Position numbers and translations under genes: made by a program
Origin: Chiloscyllium plagiosum
Taxonomy: Eukaryota
Assembly (NCBI RefSeq): GCF_004010195.1
Contig: NC_057754.1
Coordinates: 117,771-181,770 of the forward strand
Length of the DNA stretch: 64,000 bases
Direction of reading: 5' to 3'
The notes under the pieces: generated by a model
Told to the model about the DNA's origin: nothing
Databases searched by the model: none
The model's input: only the letters and a program-made list of their open reading frames with translations
Shown here: one piece after another, positions 52,965 through 64,000 of the stretch
How the letters are laid out: each line of letters begins with the position of its first letter
Numbering within the stretch: position 1 is the first letter of the stretch

Positions 52965-54000
52965 TGTGCGGCTGTACAGGACATTGGTTAGGCCACTGTT
53001 GGAATATTGTGTGCAATTCTGGTCTCCTTCCTATCGGAAAGATGTTGTGAAACTTGAAAGGGTTCAGATAAGATTTACAAGGATGTTGCCAGGCTGGGGC
53101 TGTTTTCTCTGGAGCATCGGAGGCTGAGGGGTGACCTTATAGAGGTTTACAAAATTATGAGGGGGATGGATAGGATAAATAGACAAAGACTTTTCCCTGG
53201 GGTTGGGGAGTCCAGAACTAGAGGGCATAGGTTTAGGGTGAGAGGGGAAAGATATAAAAGAGACCTAAGGGGCAATTTTTTCACTCAGAGGGTGGTATGT
53301 GTATGGAATGAGCTGCCCGAGGAAGTGGTGGAGGCTGGTACAATTGCAACATTTAAAAGGCATTTGGATGGGTATATGAATAGGAAGATTTGGAGTGATA
53401 TGGGGTGGGTGTTGGCAGGTGGGACTAGATTGGGTTGGGATATCTGGTCGGCATGGACGGGTTGGACCAATGGGTCTGTACATCTCTATGACTCTAAGTC
53501 TGCTCTGCCATTCAATCATAGCTGATATGTGTTTCAACCCAATCTCCTGCTTTCTCCCTGTAACCTTTGAAACCCTTGAAACTCAAGAACCTATCTATCT
53601 CTGACTTAAACATACTGAATGATCTGACCTCTGCAGCCTTCTGTGTCATTGAATTCCATAGATTCACCACTTGCTGGCTGAAGACGTTTCTCTTCATCTC
53701 CAATGTAAAGGGGCTTCCTTTTACTCTAAGGCTGTGCCGTTAGGTCCTAGTCTTTCCTACCAATGGAAACATTTTCTTAACGTCCACTCTGTCAAGGCTA
53801 TTCAGCATTCTGTATGTTTCAATTAGATCCCTGCTCATCCTTCTAAATTTCAGGGAGTATAGAGCCAGAATCTTCAAATGTTCCTCATATGTTTTGCTTT
53901 TCATTCCTGGGACCGTTCTCGTGAACCTCCTCTGGACCCACTCCAGGGCCAGTATATCCTTCCTGAGGTATGGGGCCCAAAACTGTTCACAATACTCTAA
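52965..54000. mobile_element. CR1 3' fragment (+, 52965-53495) abutting a second CR1 fragment (-, 53495-54000)
   Basis: Similarity to 35100-35635 and 18200-18570. Confidence 0.85.
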
Positions 54001-54119
54001 ATATTATCAATATTTAACACTGTTACTTCCCCTTGCGCTCCCCCACCCCCACCTTGAGCATTAGGAAATGGGAGGTCCAGAAAAAGGCAAATTCCCGAAC
54101 GAGTGTTTAAAAATGGAAT

Positions 54120-54176
54120 TTTAATAAATCAGCAAGATGGAGACTTCACACCAAAACTGTACAAATAAATAAATAC
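54120..54176 (-). promoter_or_regulatory. Probable 3' end of the DUSP10-like mRNA: AU-rich element and ATTAAA poly(A) signal
   Basis: Minus strand reads TGTATTTATTTATTTGTACAG (about 54157-54177) followed by ATTAAA (54120-54125). Confidence 0.55.
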
Positions 54177-54549
54177 ATAGGACAACAGATTAACACAGAG
54201 ACAGATACACGACCTACAGGCGAAGGTCATGGTTTCACCTTTGACCTCCAGTGTGAGGTAAATGATTGGGAGCAGCTTCACTTTGTGACTTGATGCCTAA
54301 GTGGGGAAGAGGAGGTAGATCATGGCATTGGTGGGCGGTGTCACTCAGACCCGGGCTCCATGACATTGTGCTCACTCAGCCTGGGTCACACATCATCTGA
54401 GTTAAATTCACTCAATGACAAGCATCCCACTCGACACTAGCAGCTCAGACCCATGACGGAGTTACAATAACTGCATTTGTGATGAACCCCAGCAGTCTGG
54501 TTCCACTCAGTCAGAAGAATAATGGCAACTAGTGCAAAGTACTGCCTCA

Positions 54550-54785
54550 AAAACTCCCAGGACAGGGAGTTCACAGGATTAGATACAGTGTAAAGCTCCC
54601 TCTACAATATCCCGCATCAAACACTCCCAGGACAGGGACAGCATGGGGTTAGATACAGAGTAAAGCTCTCTCTACACTGTTCCCCCCGCCCCACCATCAA
54701 ACACTCCCAGGACAGGGACAGCATGGGGTTGGATACAGAGTGAAGCTCCCTCTACACTGTCCCCCATCACGCACTCCCAGGAGAA
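54550..54785 (+). repeat. Dispersed ~65-70 bp tandem repeat family (about 3.5 units)
   Basis: cactcccaggacagggacagcatggggttagatacagagtaaagct repeated. Confidence 0.85.
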
Positions 54786-55379
54786 ACAGACCCTTGATCT
54801 TGATAGAATCTGTGTATTGGCTGAAAATGAAATGTACTGTAGAAATTTCAACTAAAGAGAATCCACTTGCCAACCAATCAGTTTCCTACATTTCATACAG
54901 TATAAATCATTGTTCCGGTTGACATTTGGCATTCTTGCAATTGTGTCCTGATGATTGCAAGATAAAATGCTTCAACAGCTTGTCTGTTTTTACTATGTCT
55001 CCTGGAACAGGAATCATCCGGAGATGTCTGCAATGATTCCTTGTACCCAATGGTAATGGTTGAGGTGCTGTTTGTGCTGACAGACAGCCCTGGGTCTGAG
55101 GATGGAGTGAGAGCCAGGTAATCTGTCTGTTCACAGGAAGCTCAGTGTGAAAAAGAAATGAACAGAATCTCACGAGGATATTACTGTTACTGCAATATAC
55201 ACAACATATAAGGCCAAACCCCTGCTATGTCTCAGTCCTGAATCACTGCATAGTGATGTGGGGTGACAGAGAACATCAGACAGAAGCTGAGGGCAGAGAT
55301 GCTCAGGACTACTGGCTGTGGCAATTTGATTCCCCCCCCCACAACTCACCCTCCACTACATTGTCCTGAGCATGGGAGG

Positions 55380-55685
55380 CTTCCAATTCCTCACTGGTGA
55401 GGGTCCCAGTGCACCACTGGTGACAGACCCACTCCCCCAGTGGTCACATTTCCATTCCCCCATTGTCAGGGTCTCAGTTCCACCAATGGTAAGGGTCCCT
55501 CTCTCCCCGTTGTCAGGGTCCCACTTCCCCACTAGTGAGGGCCCCTCTCCCCCATTGTCAGGGTCTCAGTTTCCCCATTGTCAAGGTCCCAGATCCACCA
55601 CTGATCATGATCCCACTCCCCCAGTGTCAGGGTCCAATTCCCCAATTGTGAGGGTCCCACTCCCACACTGATAGGGGTCCAAGTC
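55380..55685. repeat. Degenerate ~22-bp tandem repeat in the DUSP10-like 3' UTR
   Basis: Recurrent ttgtcagggtcc / gtgagggtccc cores. Confidence 0.7.
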
Positions 55686-56364
55686 ACATTAGTCCACAGT
55701 GAGGTTTACTGCTTGCTGATATGGGGGTCTTGTTAGGGCATGTGTATTGGAGCTTCAGAAAAATATTATTTGGAGAGAGCCTAGCACCAGGGCAGCGGTC
55801 GAGGGAGTAACTTCAGGGATGAGTAGGGGCACCAGTGGCACATCACCCTGGGGAAGACAAAGGAAGGCAGTGCAGGTTACAGACATCTGGTTGCAATGCC
55901 ACTGTATCCTATCCAGCAGGCAATGTCCACACATACAGGCGCACCTCTGGGGAAGACATTGGATCAGTTTGATCAGTTTCACAGTAATTGTCTCAATAGA
56001 AAGATCCCATTCCAAACCCTCACCTTCCCACCCATAACTCCAACCAAACCCCATCCCACAGTCAAGTCCAAAGGAACCCCATATGAAATAAAATGACTCT
56101 TTCACTCAACCAGCTCCCAATTAATCAAATCCAGCCAGGAGTTCTCCCTTGACCAGCTGGAGCTCAGATGATTAATTCTCAGATTCTGATCGCAGTGTCG
56201 CGGCTGGAACAGGAGACGGAGAAGGAGTTTCCTTTGAAATGGGAGGTGGTTGGTTATCCATGTTGGAGAGAGAGTGAGGGAGAGACAGTTTTGCCTCCAG
56301 TTAAGATTCATTGCTCAGCCCCGGAATTTGTTGGGGTCTACGGTGGGGATGTTGTGGGGGATAC

Positions 56365-56630
56365 CTACACCTCGGTCTCGAGTCCACTAAGTTTTGGCGT
56401 GAGAATCCGGGGCGTGAGACCCTTGTTCAGGTCCATTTCAAACTCCAGCAGTTGCCCCATGAAGTTGAGGTTGGGAGAGATGATGGGTCGTTTGCCCTTT
56501 ACATATTTGTAGGCATCTGTCATGGTCATCAGCGTGTGCTTCATCAGGTAGGCAATGACCAGAGTGGCAGAACGGGAGACTCCTGCCTGGCAGTGGATTA
56601 GAACCCCCTTGCCACATTGGTGGGCTTCCT
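56365..56630 (-). CDS. DUSP10-like terminal coding exon with active site
   Basis: tttttag| acceptor; [32 protein letters not shown]...[15 protein letters not shown]...TPRILTPKL; HCx5R intact; TAG at 56365-56367. Confidence 0.95.
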
Positions 56631-56744
56631 CTAAAAACAAAAAAAAACACAGCAACAGGCCCAATCACAACCAGCTTGAGAAATATCACAATGCAACCCT
56701 CAGCCAATAAAGGACCTTATCTAGACTGTACAAAATGTGGAGGC

Positions 56745-57445
56745 CAGTGGGACAGTGTGCAGCGAGACAGTGTGCAGTGTGACAGAGCGCAGCGGGACTG
56801 TGCGATGGGGCAGTGTGCAGTGTGACAGAGCACACTGAGACAGTGTGTGGTGGGACAGTGTGCAGTGAGACAGAGCACAGTGAGACAGAGCACAGTGAGA
56901 CAGAGTGCATCAGGACTGTGTGATGGGTCAGTGTGCAATGTGGCAGGGTGCAGTAAGACTGTGTGCAGTATGGCAGAATGCAGTAGGACTGTGTGATGGG
57001 ACAGTGTGCAGTGTGATAGAGCACAGTGAGACAGTGAGCGATGGGACAGTGTGTCATGTGACAGAGCACAGTGAGACAGTGTGCAGTGTGACAGAGCACA
57101 GTGAGACAGAGCACAGTGGGACAATGTGCAATGAGACCATGTGCAGTGGGACAGAGCACAGTGAGACAGAGCGCAGTGGGACAGAGCGCAGTGGGACAGA
57201 GCGCAGTGGGACAGAGCGCAGTGGGACAGAGCGCAGTGGGACACTGAGCGGAGTGACAGTGTGCAGTGTGACAGATCGCAGTGAGACATAGCGCAGTGGG
57301 ACAGTGAGCGAAGGGACAGTGAGCGATGGGACAGTGTGTCATGTGACAGAGCACTGTGAGACAGTGTGCAGTGGGTGGCAGAGCGCAGTGGGACAGAGCG
57401 CAGTGGGACAGAGCGCAGTGGGACAGAGCGCAGTGGGACAGAGAG
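56745..57445. repeat. Degenerate 15-bp tandem repeat in the last intron of the DUSP10-like gene
   Basis: Repeated gagcgcagtgggaca / gagcacagtgagaca. Confidence 0.92.
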
Positions 57446-57469
57446 CTGTGTATTGCCTTCTGCACTCAC

Positions 57470-57829
57470 CGATGAATTCGAAAGCCTCCTCGAAGTACTG
57501 GCGGAGGTTCTGTTTGCTGTTGTCAGTTGCTGGCAGCCTCTTGTAGTGTACACTGCCAGTCTGTGCATGGTACAGGGGAAGATGGGTGGTGACATTGATG
57601 ACATATCCCACATTTAACTGGCGCAGCCTGACCAGGTCCTGGGCATCACGCTCATTCCCTAGGTACAGGAACGGCAGGATGGGGCTCAGCTCGGCATTTT
57701 CAATGTCAGGGGTCAAGGGGAGTGTGCCTTCACATTCTCCATATGACCTTTCGAACACCTCCTTCCCTTCATCCCGTGGCCTCATTGATGCAGAGCTGGG
57801 CGCTGTAACCTCCTTCTCATACCCAGGTT
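57470..57829 (-). CDS. DUSP10-like exon, N-terminal part of the catalytic domain (360 bp)
   Basis: ttttccag| acceptor, G|gtgagt donor, phase 1-1; [26 protein letters not shown]...[25 protein letters not shown]. Confidence 0.93.
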
Positions 57830-58239
57830 CTGGAAAAGCAGAGTAGAGAGAAGATCACAATGCATATCCCTCATAATCAAAATCTCTCATCACTTACCCT
57901 CAGAATCTTTTCCTGATCATCCTCAATCTGTGTCCACTGGGTTACAGATCCCTCTGCTGCTAAAAACAGAAGGAAGAATGGACGACTGTTTATTGAGTAG
58001 TGGTACCACCTAGATATTGTAGAGTGCTTCTCATGAAATTCCAAAGTCAGAAGATGAAGGAATATGGAAAACGCTGGCATTAATAACCAGGTATTTTATT
58101 TGTTCAGAACTTCATAAAGATTTGGTCCTTTCTGTAAACCCTGTGGTAGGAAATCACTCAGCATGTAATTAAATCAGCTCCTTTGAGAGCCAAACCAGTT
58201 TTGAGTGAGCATTCAGTCAGCTGTGAGTACATAGAACAT

Positions 58240-58940
58240 AAAGTCATAGAGATGTACAGCATGGAAACAGACCCTTCAGTCCAACCCGCCCATACCGACC
58301 AGATATCCAAATCTAATCTAGTCCCACCTGCCAGCACCCGGCCCATATTCTTCCAAACCCTTCCTATTCATATACCCATCCAAATGCCCATCTTAAATGT
58401 TGCAATTGTACCAGCCTCCACCACTTCCTCTGGCAGCTCATTCCATACACGTACCAACCTCTGCGTGAAAAAGTTGCCCCTTAGGTCTCTTTTATATCTT
58501 TCCCCTCTCACCCTAAACCTATGCCCTCTAGTTCTGGACTCCCTGACCCCAGGGAAAAGACTTTGCCTTTTACCCTATCTATGCCCCTCATAATTTTGTA
58601 AACCTCTATAAGATCACCCCTCAGCCTCCAACCCTTCAGGGAAAACAGCCTGTTCAGCCTCTCCCTATAGCTCAAATCCTCCAACCCTGGCAACATCCTT
58701 GTAAATCTTTTCTGAACCCTTTCAAGTTTCACAACATCTTTCCGATAGGAAGGAGACCAGAATTGCATGCAATATTCCAACAGTGGCCTAACCAATGTCC
58801 TGTACAGCCGCAACATGACCTCCCAACTCCTGTACTCAATACTCTGACCAATAAAGGAAAGCATACCAAACACCTTCTTCACTATCCTATCTACCTGCGA
58901 CTCCACTTTCAAGGAGCTATGAACCTGCACTCCAAGGTCT
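58240..58940 (-). mobile_element. CR1-type LINE 3' fragment in a DUSP10-like intron
   Basis: LYRTLVRPLLEYCMQFWSP...LERVQKRFTRMLPGL. Confidence 0.9.
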
Positions 58941-59984
58941 CAATACACCGCAGAATAGGCCCTTCAGCTCTTGATGTTGTGCCGACCTGTGAAATAATCA
59001 AACCCATCTAATCTAATCTCTCTCACCCTACACTATCCAATCATCACCCATGTGCTTATCCAAGGACTGTTTAAATGCCCTAATGTGGCTGTGTTAACTA
59101 CATTGGAAGGCAAGGCATTCCACGCCCTTACCACTCTCTGAGTAAAGAACCTGCCTCTGACATCTGTCTTAAATCTATCACCCCTCAATTCGCAATAATT
59201 AGTTTAGATTCCCTACAGTGTAGAAATAGGCCATTTGGCCCAACTAGCCCACATTGACCTTCCGAAGCGTAACCCACCCAGACCCATTTCCTTCTGACAA
59301 ATGCACCTAACACTATGGGCAATTTAGAATGGCCAATTCACCTGACCTGCAGGTCTTTGGACTGAGGGAGGAAACCGGAGCACCCAGAGGAAACTCACGC
59401 AGACACAGGGAGAATGTGCAAATTCCAAACAGACAGTTGTCCGAGGCTGAAATCGAACCTGGGACCCTGGTGCTGTGGGGCAGCAGTGCTAACCAATTTG
59501 ATGTTCCCAACCTACATGAAGATTAAGTGCTGCCTTTGTTACAGGCCCTCATTATTTCCTGATTTATTCTCTCGTCTGCAGCATAGCTACTTTCAGGGGG
59601 ATTACAGACTACGCCCATGAGGGTTTTCTTCCCCTCTTTATTTCTTACCTCAACCATTATTGATTTTACATTTCTGATTCAAGATAATTTCTTGCTAATG
59701 TACTGATTCCATCTTATATTAACAAACCAGTCCACTACCCTTCCCTTCCTGCCTGTTTTTCTGAAAAATCCAAAAGCATGGGGGAGGATGGGATAGTAGA
59801 TAGTGGAGGGCAGTCTCAGGAGGGCTCAGGAATGGTTGAGGAGGGGAAAGGTGTCCTCAATATGGTTCTGGCATCGGTCTCACATATTTACAACATTCAG
59901 AATTGAGAAGGAGGCTGGATTTGGAGCATAGGCCCACCAGGGATGGCAATTTCTCTTATCCTGATGTTGGGAATGGATGGTCCC

Positions 59985-60650
59985 CCCTTACTTCCCTCCA
60001 AGGGACCCTTCCATATCCGCCATAAATTCACCTGCACCTCCACACACATCAATTACTGCATCCGCTGCACCTGATGTGGCCTCCTCTATATTGGGGAGAT
60101 AGGCTGCCTACTTGCGGAACGTTTCAGAGAACACCTCTGGGACATCCGGACCAACCAACTCAACCACCCCGTGGCTCAACACTTCAACTCCCCCTCCCCC
60201 TCCCACTCCACCAAGGACATGCAGGTCCTTGGACTCCTCCATCGCCAGACCATAGCAACACGACGGCTGGAGGAAAAGTGTCTCATCTTTCGCCTCGGAA
60301 CCCTCCAACCACAAGGGATGAACTCAGGCTTCTCCAGTTTCCTCATTTCCCCTCCCCCCACCTTGTCTCAGTCCCAATCCTCAAACTCAGCACCACCTTC
60401 CTAACCTGCAATCTTCTTCCTGACCTCTCCACCCCTACCCCCACTCCGGCCTATCACCCTCACCTTAATCTCCTTCCACCTATCGCATTTCCAACGCCCC
60501 TCCCCCAAGTCCCTCCTCCCTACCTTTTATCTTAGCCTGCTTGGCACACTTTCCTCATGCCTGAAGAAGGGCTCATGCCCGAAACATCGATTCTCCTGTT
60601 CCCTGGATGCTGCCTGACCTGCTGCGCTTTTCCAGCAACACATTTTCAGC
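59985..60650 (+). mobile_element. Penelope-like element 3' fragment (GIY-YIG region and 3' end)
   Basis: YCIRCT*CGLLYIGE...RFREHL...VAQHFNSPS...RRLEEKCLIFRLGTLQPQGMN; 3' end nearly identical to 7490-7700 and 25785-25965. Confidence 0.85.
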
Positions 60651-60819
60651 TCTTATGAAATAAGAACCAAGTACGAGGTCTGCTAATCCCTGATGTGTTC
60701 TTTAATCACCCACCGGGGAGAAAGGGATGATGGATTCATGTCCTTGTTGTCTGGGATGGGCAGTTGGAGTGGACTGCAATCTGTCCTGAGCTGTAGCAGA
60801 GCCCTGCCACCCCATACAC

Positions 60820-61080
60820 AGTATCTCTCTCTCTCTCACACACATATACATACACACACTCTTACAAACGCATACACATACACACACATTCACACATGTA
60901 AACACACATGCACAAACACACGCACAAACACTCATCAAGCACACGCTCTCTCTCACACACACATATGCATACATACATACATACACACATACAATCTAAC
61001 ACAATATACATTCACACATACATAGTTACATACGCACATACATAGATAGTCATAGACACACACACACAGTTAAATACACA
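60820..61080. repeat. Imperfect (CA)n microsatellite
   Basis: Direct inspection. Confidence 0.85.
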
Positions 61081-61214
61081 AAAACATAAAAAATAGCAGC
61101 AGGGTTAGGCCATTTGGCCATTAGCCAACTCCACCATTCAATAAGATCATGGCTGATCTTCGTGTGGACTCAGGTCTCCACTTACCCACCCCTCACCACA
61201 ACCCTTAATTCCTT

Positions 61215-62620
61215 TAGAGTCATAGACATATACAGAACAGAAACAGACCCTTCGGTCCAACTCATCCATGTTGACCAGATATCCTATCTAAATCTAGTCC
61301 CATTTGCCAGCATTTGGCTCATATCCCTCTAAATCCTTCCTGTTCGTGATACCATCTGGATACCTTTTAAATGTTGTTATCACACCAGCCTCCACCTCTT
61401 CCTCTGTCAGCATATTCCATACATGCACCACCCTCTGCGTGAAAAAGTTGCCCCTTTGGTCCTTTTTAAATCTTTCCCCTCTCACATTAAACCTATGCCC
61501 TTTAGTTTTGGACTCTCCCATCCAGGGGAAAAGATCTTGCCTATTTACCTTATCCATGGCCCTCATGGTTTTATAAACCTCTGTAAGGTCACACCTCAGC
61601 CTCTGACTCCAGGGAAAATAGACCTAGCCTATTCAGCCTTTCCCTATACCTCAAACCTTCCAGTCCTGGCAACATCCTTGTAAATCTTTTCTGAACCCTC
61701 TCAGGTTTCACAACATCCTTCCTTTCGGAGGGAGACAAGAATTGCATGCAACATTCCAAACGTGGCCAAACCAATGTCCTGTACATGACCTCCCAACTCC
61801 TATACTCAATGCACTAACCAATAAAGGTAAGCATACCAAATGCCTTCTTCACTATCACCTGCAACCCCACTTTCAAGGAACTATGAACCTGCACCCAACG
61901 GTCTCTGTTCAGCACCACTCCCCAGGACCTTACCATTAAGTGTATAAGTACTGCTCTGATTTCCTTTTCAAAATGCCGCACCTCACATTCATCTAAACTA
62001 AACTCCATCTGCCACTCCTTGGCCCATTGGCCCATCTGATCAAGATCGTGTTGTACTCTGAGGTTACCTTCTTGGCTGTCCACTACACCTCCAATTTTTC
62101 AATTTACTGTTCAAAAATCTATTTCACTTGAAAAACATTCAACGAGGTAGCCTCTACTGCTTCACTGGAATTCCATAGATTCATAACCCTTTGGATGAAG
62201 ACGTTCCTCATTAATTCAATTTGAAATCTGCTCTGCTTTATTTTGAGGCTATGCCCCTAGGTCTAGTTCACCTGCCAGTAGAAACAACCTCCCTGCTTCT
62301 ATCGTATCTATTCCCTTCATAATTTTATATGTTTCTATAAGATCCCCCCCCCGCATTCTTCTAAGTTCCAATAAGTATAGTCCCAGTCTACTTAATCTGT
62401 CCTCATAAGCCAACCCTTACAATTCCAGAATTAATCTAGCAACCCTCCTCCAGTCCCAGTACTGTACATCCTTTCTCAAGTAAGGAGACTGAAACTGTAC
62501 ACAGTACTCCAGGTGTGGCCTCACCCCCAGCACCCTACACAGCTGCAACATAACTTTCCTGTTTTTAAACTTCATCCCTCTAGCAATGAAGGACACTATT
62601 CTATTTGCCTTCTTAATAAC
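61215..62620 (-). mobile_element. Nested CR1-type LINE fragments
   Basis: 61215-62095 matches 27630-28525 in reverse; 62100-62620 encodes VRPHLEYCVQFQSPYLRKD. Confidence 0.85.
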
Positions 62621-62767
62621 ATGAAGGCGTACGTGTACGTGTACATACACACACACACACTCTCACACACACACACACTTCCCCTCCATCCAACAAGGCA
62701 GTGCAGAACATTTCATAAACATACACAAGAACTCCGTAGAAATTAAGACTGACTGGACAATCCTTAC

Positions 62768-63860
62768 CTCGCCCGTCCCGGTCCTCCCTGTGGATTGAAT
62801 CCAGGATCAAGTGGAGAGACTGTGGAGTGAGGGTTCTGCTGGGATTCCGGACTCTTGGCTTGGAGCTGCTGGCCTGCTGGTGCCAGGCTGTTCCACACGG
62901 CGGCTTGGCCTCTTGGTTCTTGGAGAGGAGATCAAAAACGGTCAGCCCCCCATGGTCGGGCACACCCCTCCCTGGGCCCTCTGACCAGCCGATCCTCATG
63001 GCACCCTGCAGTTGGCTCTTCGTGAATTCCACCAGATTGCGACAGTCCAGGATAACAGCTGATTGCTGCTGGACTTTGGTGCTGCCCATCTTCTTGGCCA
63101 GCTCCTCTGGCCAGATGGTGTGGGCATTGTAGTCATCCTCCTCCTTCTTGTCATCTGCCTCCTCCACCTTGCTGGCCTTGGAGCCCCGGGGGTTGAAGGT
63201 CACTATGGGGTCACTGCTGCAGAAACTGCAAGAGGAGCTGACAGACCTTAGGGAGGGGTCGCAGGTGAGGCAGCTGATGGCCCGCAGGCTTGGCAAGCAG
63301 CCCACTCTCCGGAGAGCCGGCCCACAGCCCAGGGTCCTGAGGCCAGCTCTGCATGACAGGCAGGAGCTGGAGACCGGCTCATCACGGCTCACCAACTTCC
63401 AGCAGCCCCAGCAGCTGCCCCTCAGAGGCTTCATGGCACTGAGGCAGGACGGCATGGGGCTAGGCAGGCAGGCACCCCCACGCGCTTGGGATGCCCCGTG
63501 CCTCTCCTCCAAAGGACTGTCCCTCTCCCTGAGGCCGGGCTGCTGACCAACCAAGGAAGCCTTCCTCAGGGACCTGAAGGAGAGCTGCAAGCTGTCCACG
63601 TCTTGTGGGGGCAGGCCTACGGAGACCCTAATATCCAGTGGCGGGCTATCCACTGACTTTGGGCTGAACTGCCTGCTGCTCTCAGCCTGTGCCTGTGCCT
63701 TCTCCAGCCCCAGAACCTGGTCTGTAATCTCAGGGCTGTCCAGGCTGGGGGACAGATGGGTCCTCCCCACACGTGCTGTCTTGTTGAGATGCAGTGCTAG
63801 TGTCCGGGGCCTTTGCAGTACCTGAACCACCAGCCGTTCATCAAAGAGAGAAGGAGGCAT
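62768..63860 (-). CDS. DUSP10/MKP5-like phosphatase, first coding exon (N-terminal extension and divergent rhodanese domain)
   Basis: MPPSLFDERLVV resembles the DUSP10 start MPPSPLDDRVVV; IWPEELAKKM...VILDCRNLVEFTKSQLQGA...LTVFDLLS...QSLHLILDSI resembles the DUSP10 rhodanese domain; donor GAG|gtaagg, phase 1. Confidence 0.88.
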
Positions 63861-64000
63861 TGGAGATTGCAGAGAGAGAGAGAGACAGAGGGAGGGAGGG
63901 AGGAGGAGTAAGGGTTGCGGGGGGCTGGGGGTGGGGGAGCAGAGCCAGGCGGCAGGATGAATGCACAATGAAGACTGACTGATGCAGACACACAGCAATC

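Noticed and set aside
56686..57465. Cys/His-rich 259-298 aa ORFs resembling metallothionein or keratin-associated proteins
   Set aside because: Translation of a 15-bp intronic tandem repeat between two well-defined DUSP exons.

Overview
Vertebrate nuclear DNA, very probably a cartilaginous fish (inferred from the dense CR1-type LINE, tRNA-derived SINE and Penelope-like repeat content), with two assembly gaps (25209-25784, 34522-35099). Three spliced protein-coding genes can be rebuilt from GT-AG junctions with consistent phase: (1) the 3' part of a reticulon, most likely RTN3 (+; end of the large N-terminal exon plus six reticulon-homology-domain exons, stop at 11475); (2) convergent to it, a ZFTA/C11orf95-like gene (-; five coding exons, about 823 aa, five SPIN-DOC-type C2H2 fingers); (3) a DUSP10/MKP5-like phosphatase (-; three coding exons, about 572 aa) with an intact catalytic domain but a degenerate rhodanese/kinase-docking domain and a Cys-pair-rich N-terminal stretch. 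An intact tRNA-Thr(TGT) lies between ZFTA and the DUSP gene. Most notable: a probable whole-genome-duplication paralogue of DUSP10 in the RTN3-ZFTA neighbourhood that lacks the RRR docking motif; many minimal hammerhead-ribozyme-like cores in Penelope-derived fragments, including two palindromic TSD-flanked mini-elements; and a 1.9 kb CpG-rich minisatellite filling ZFTA intron 3. Repeat boundaries are approximate, and comparisons with human proteins and gene order are from memory, not from a search.
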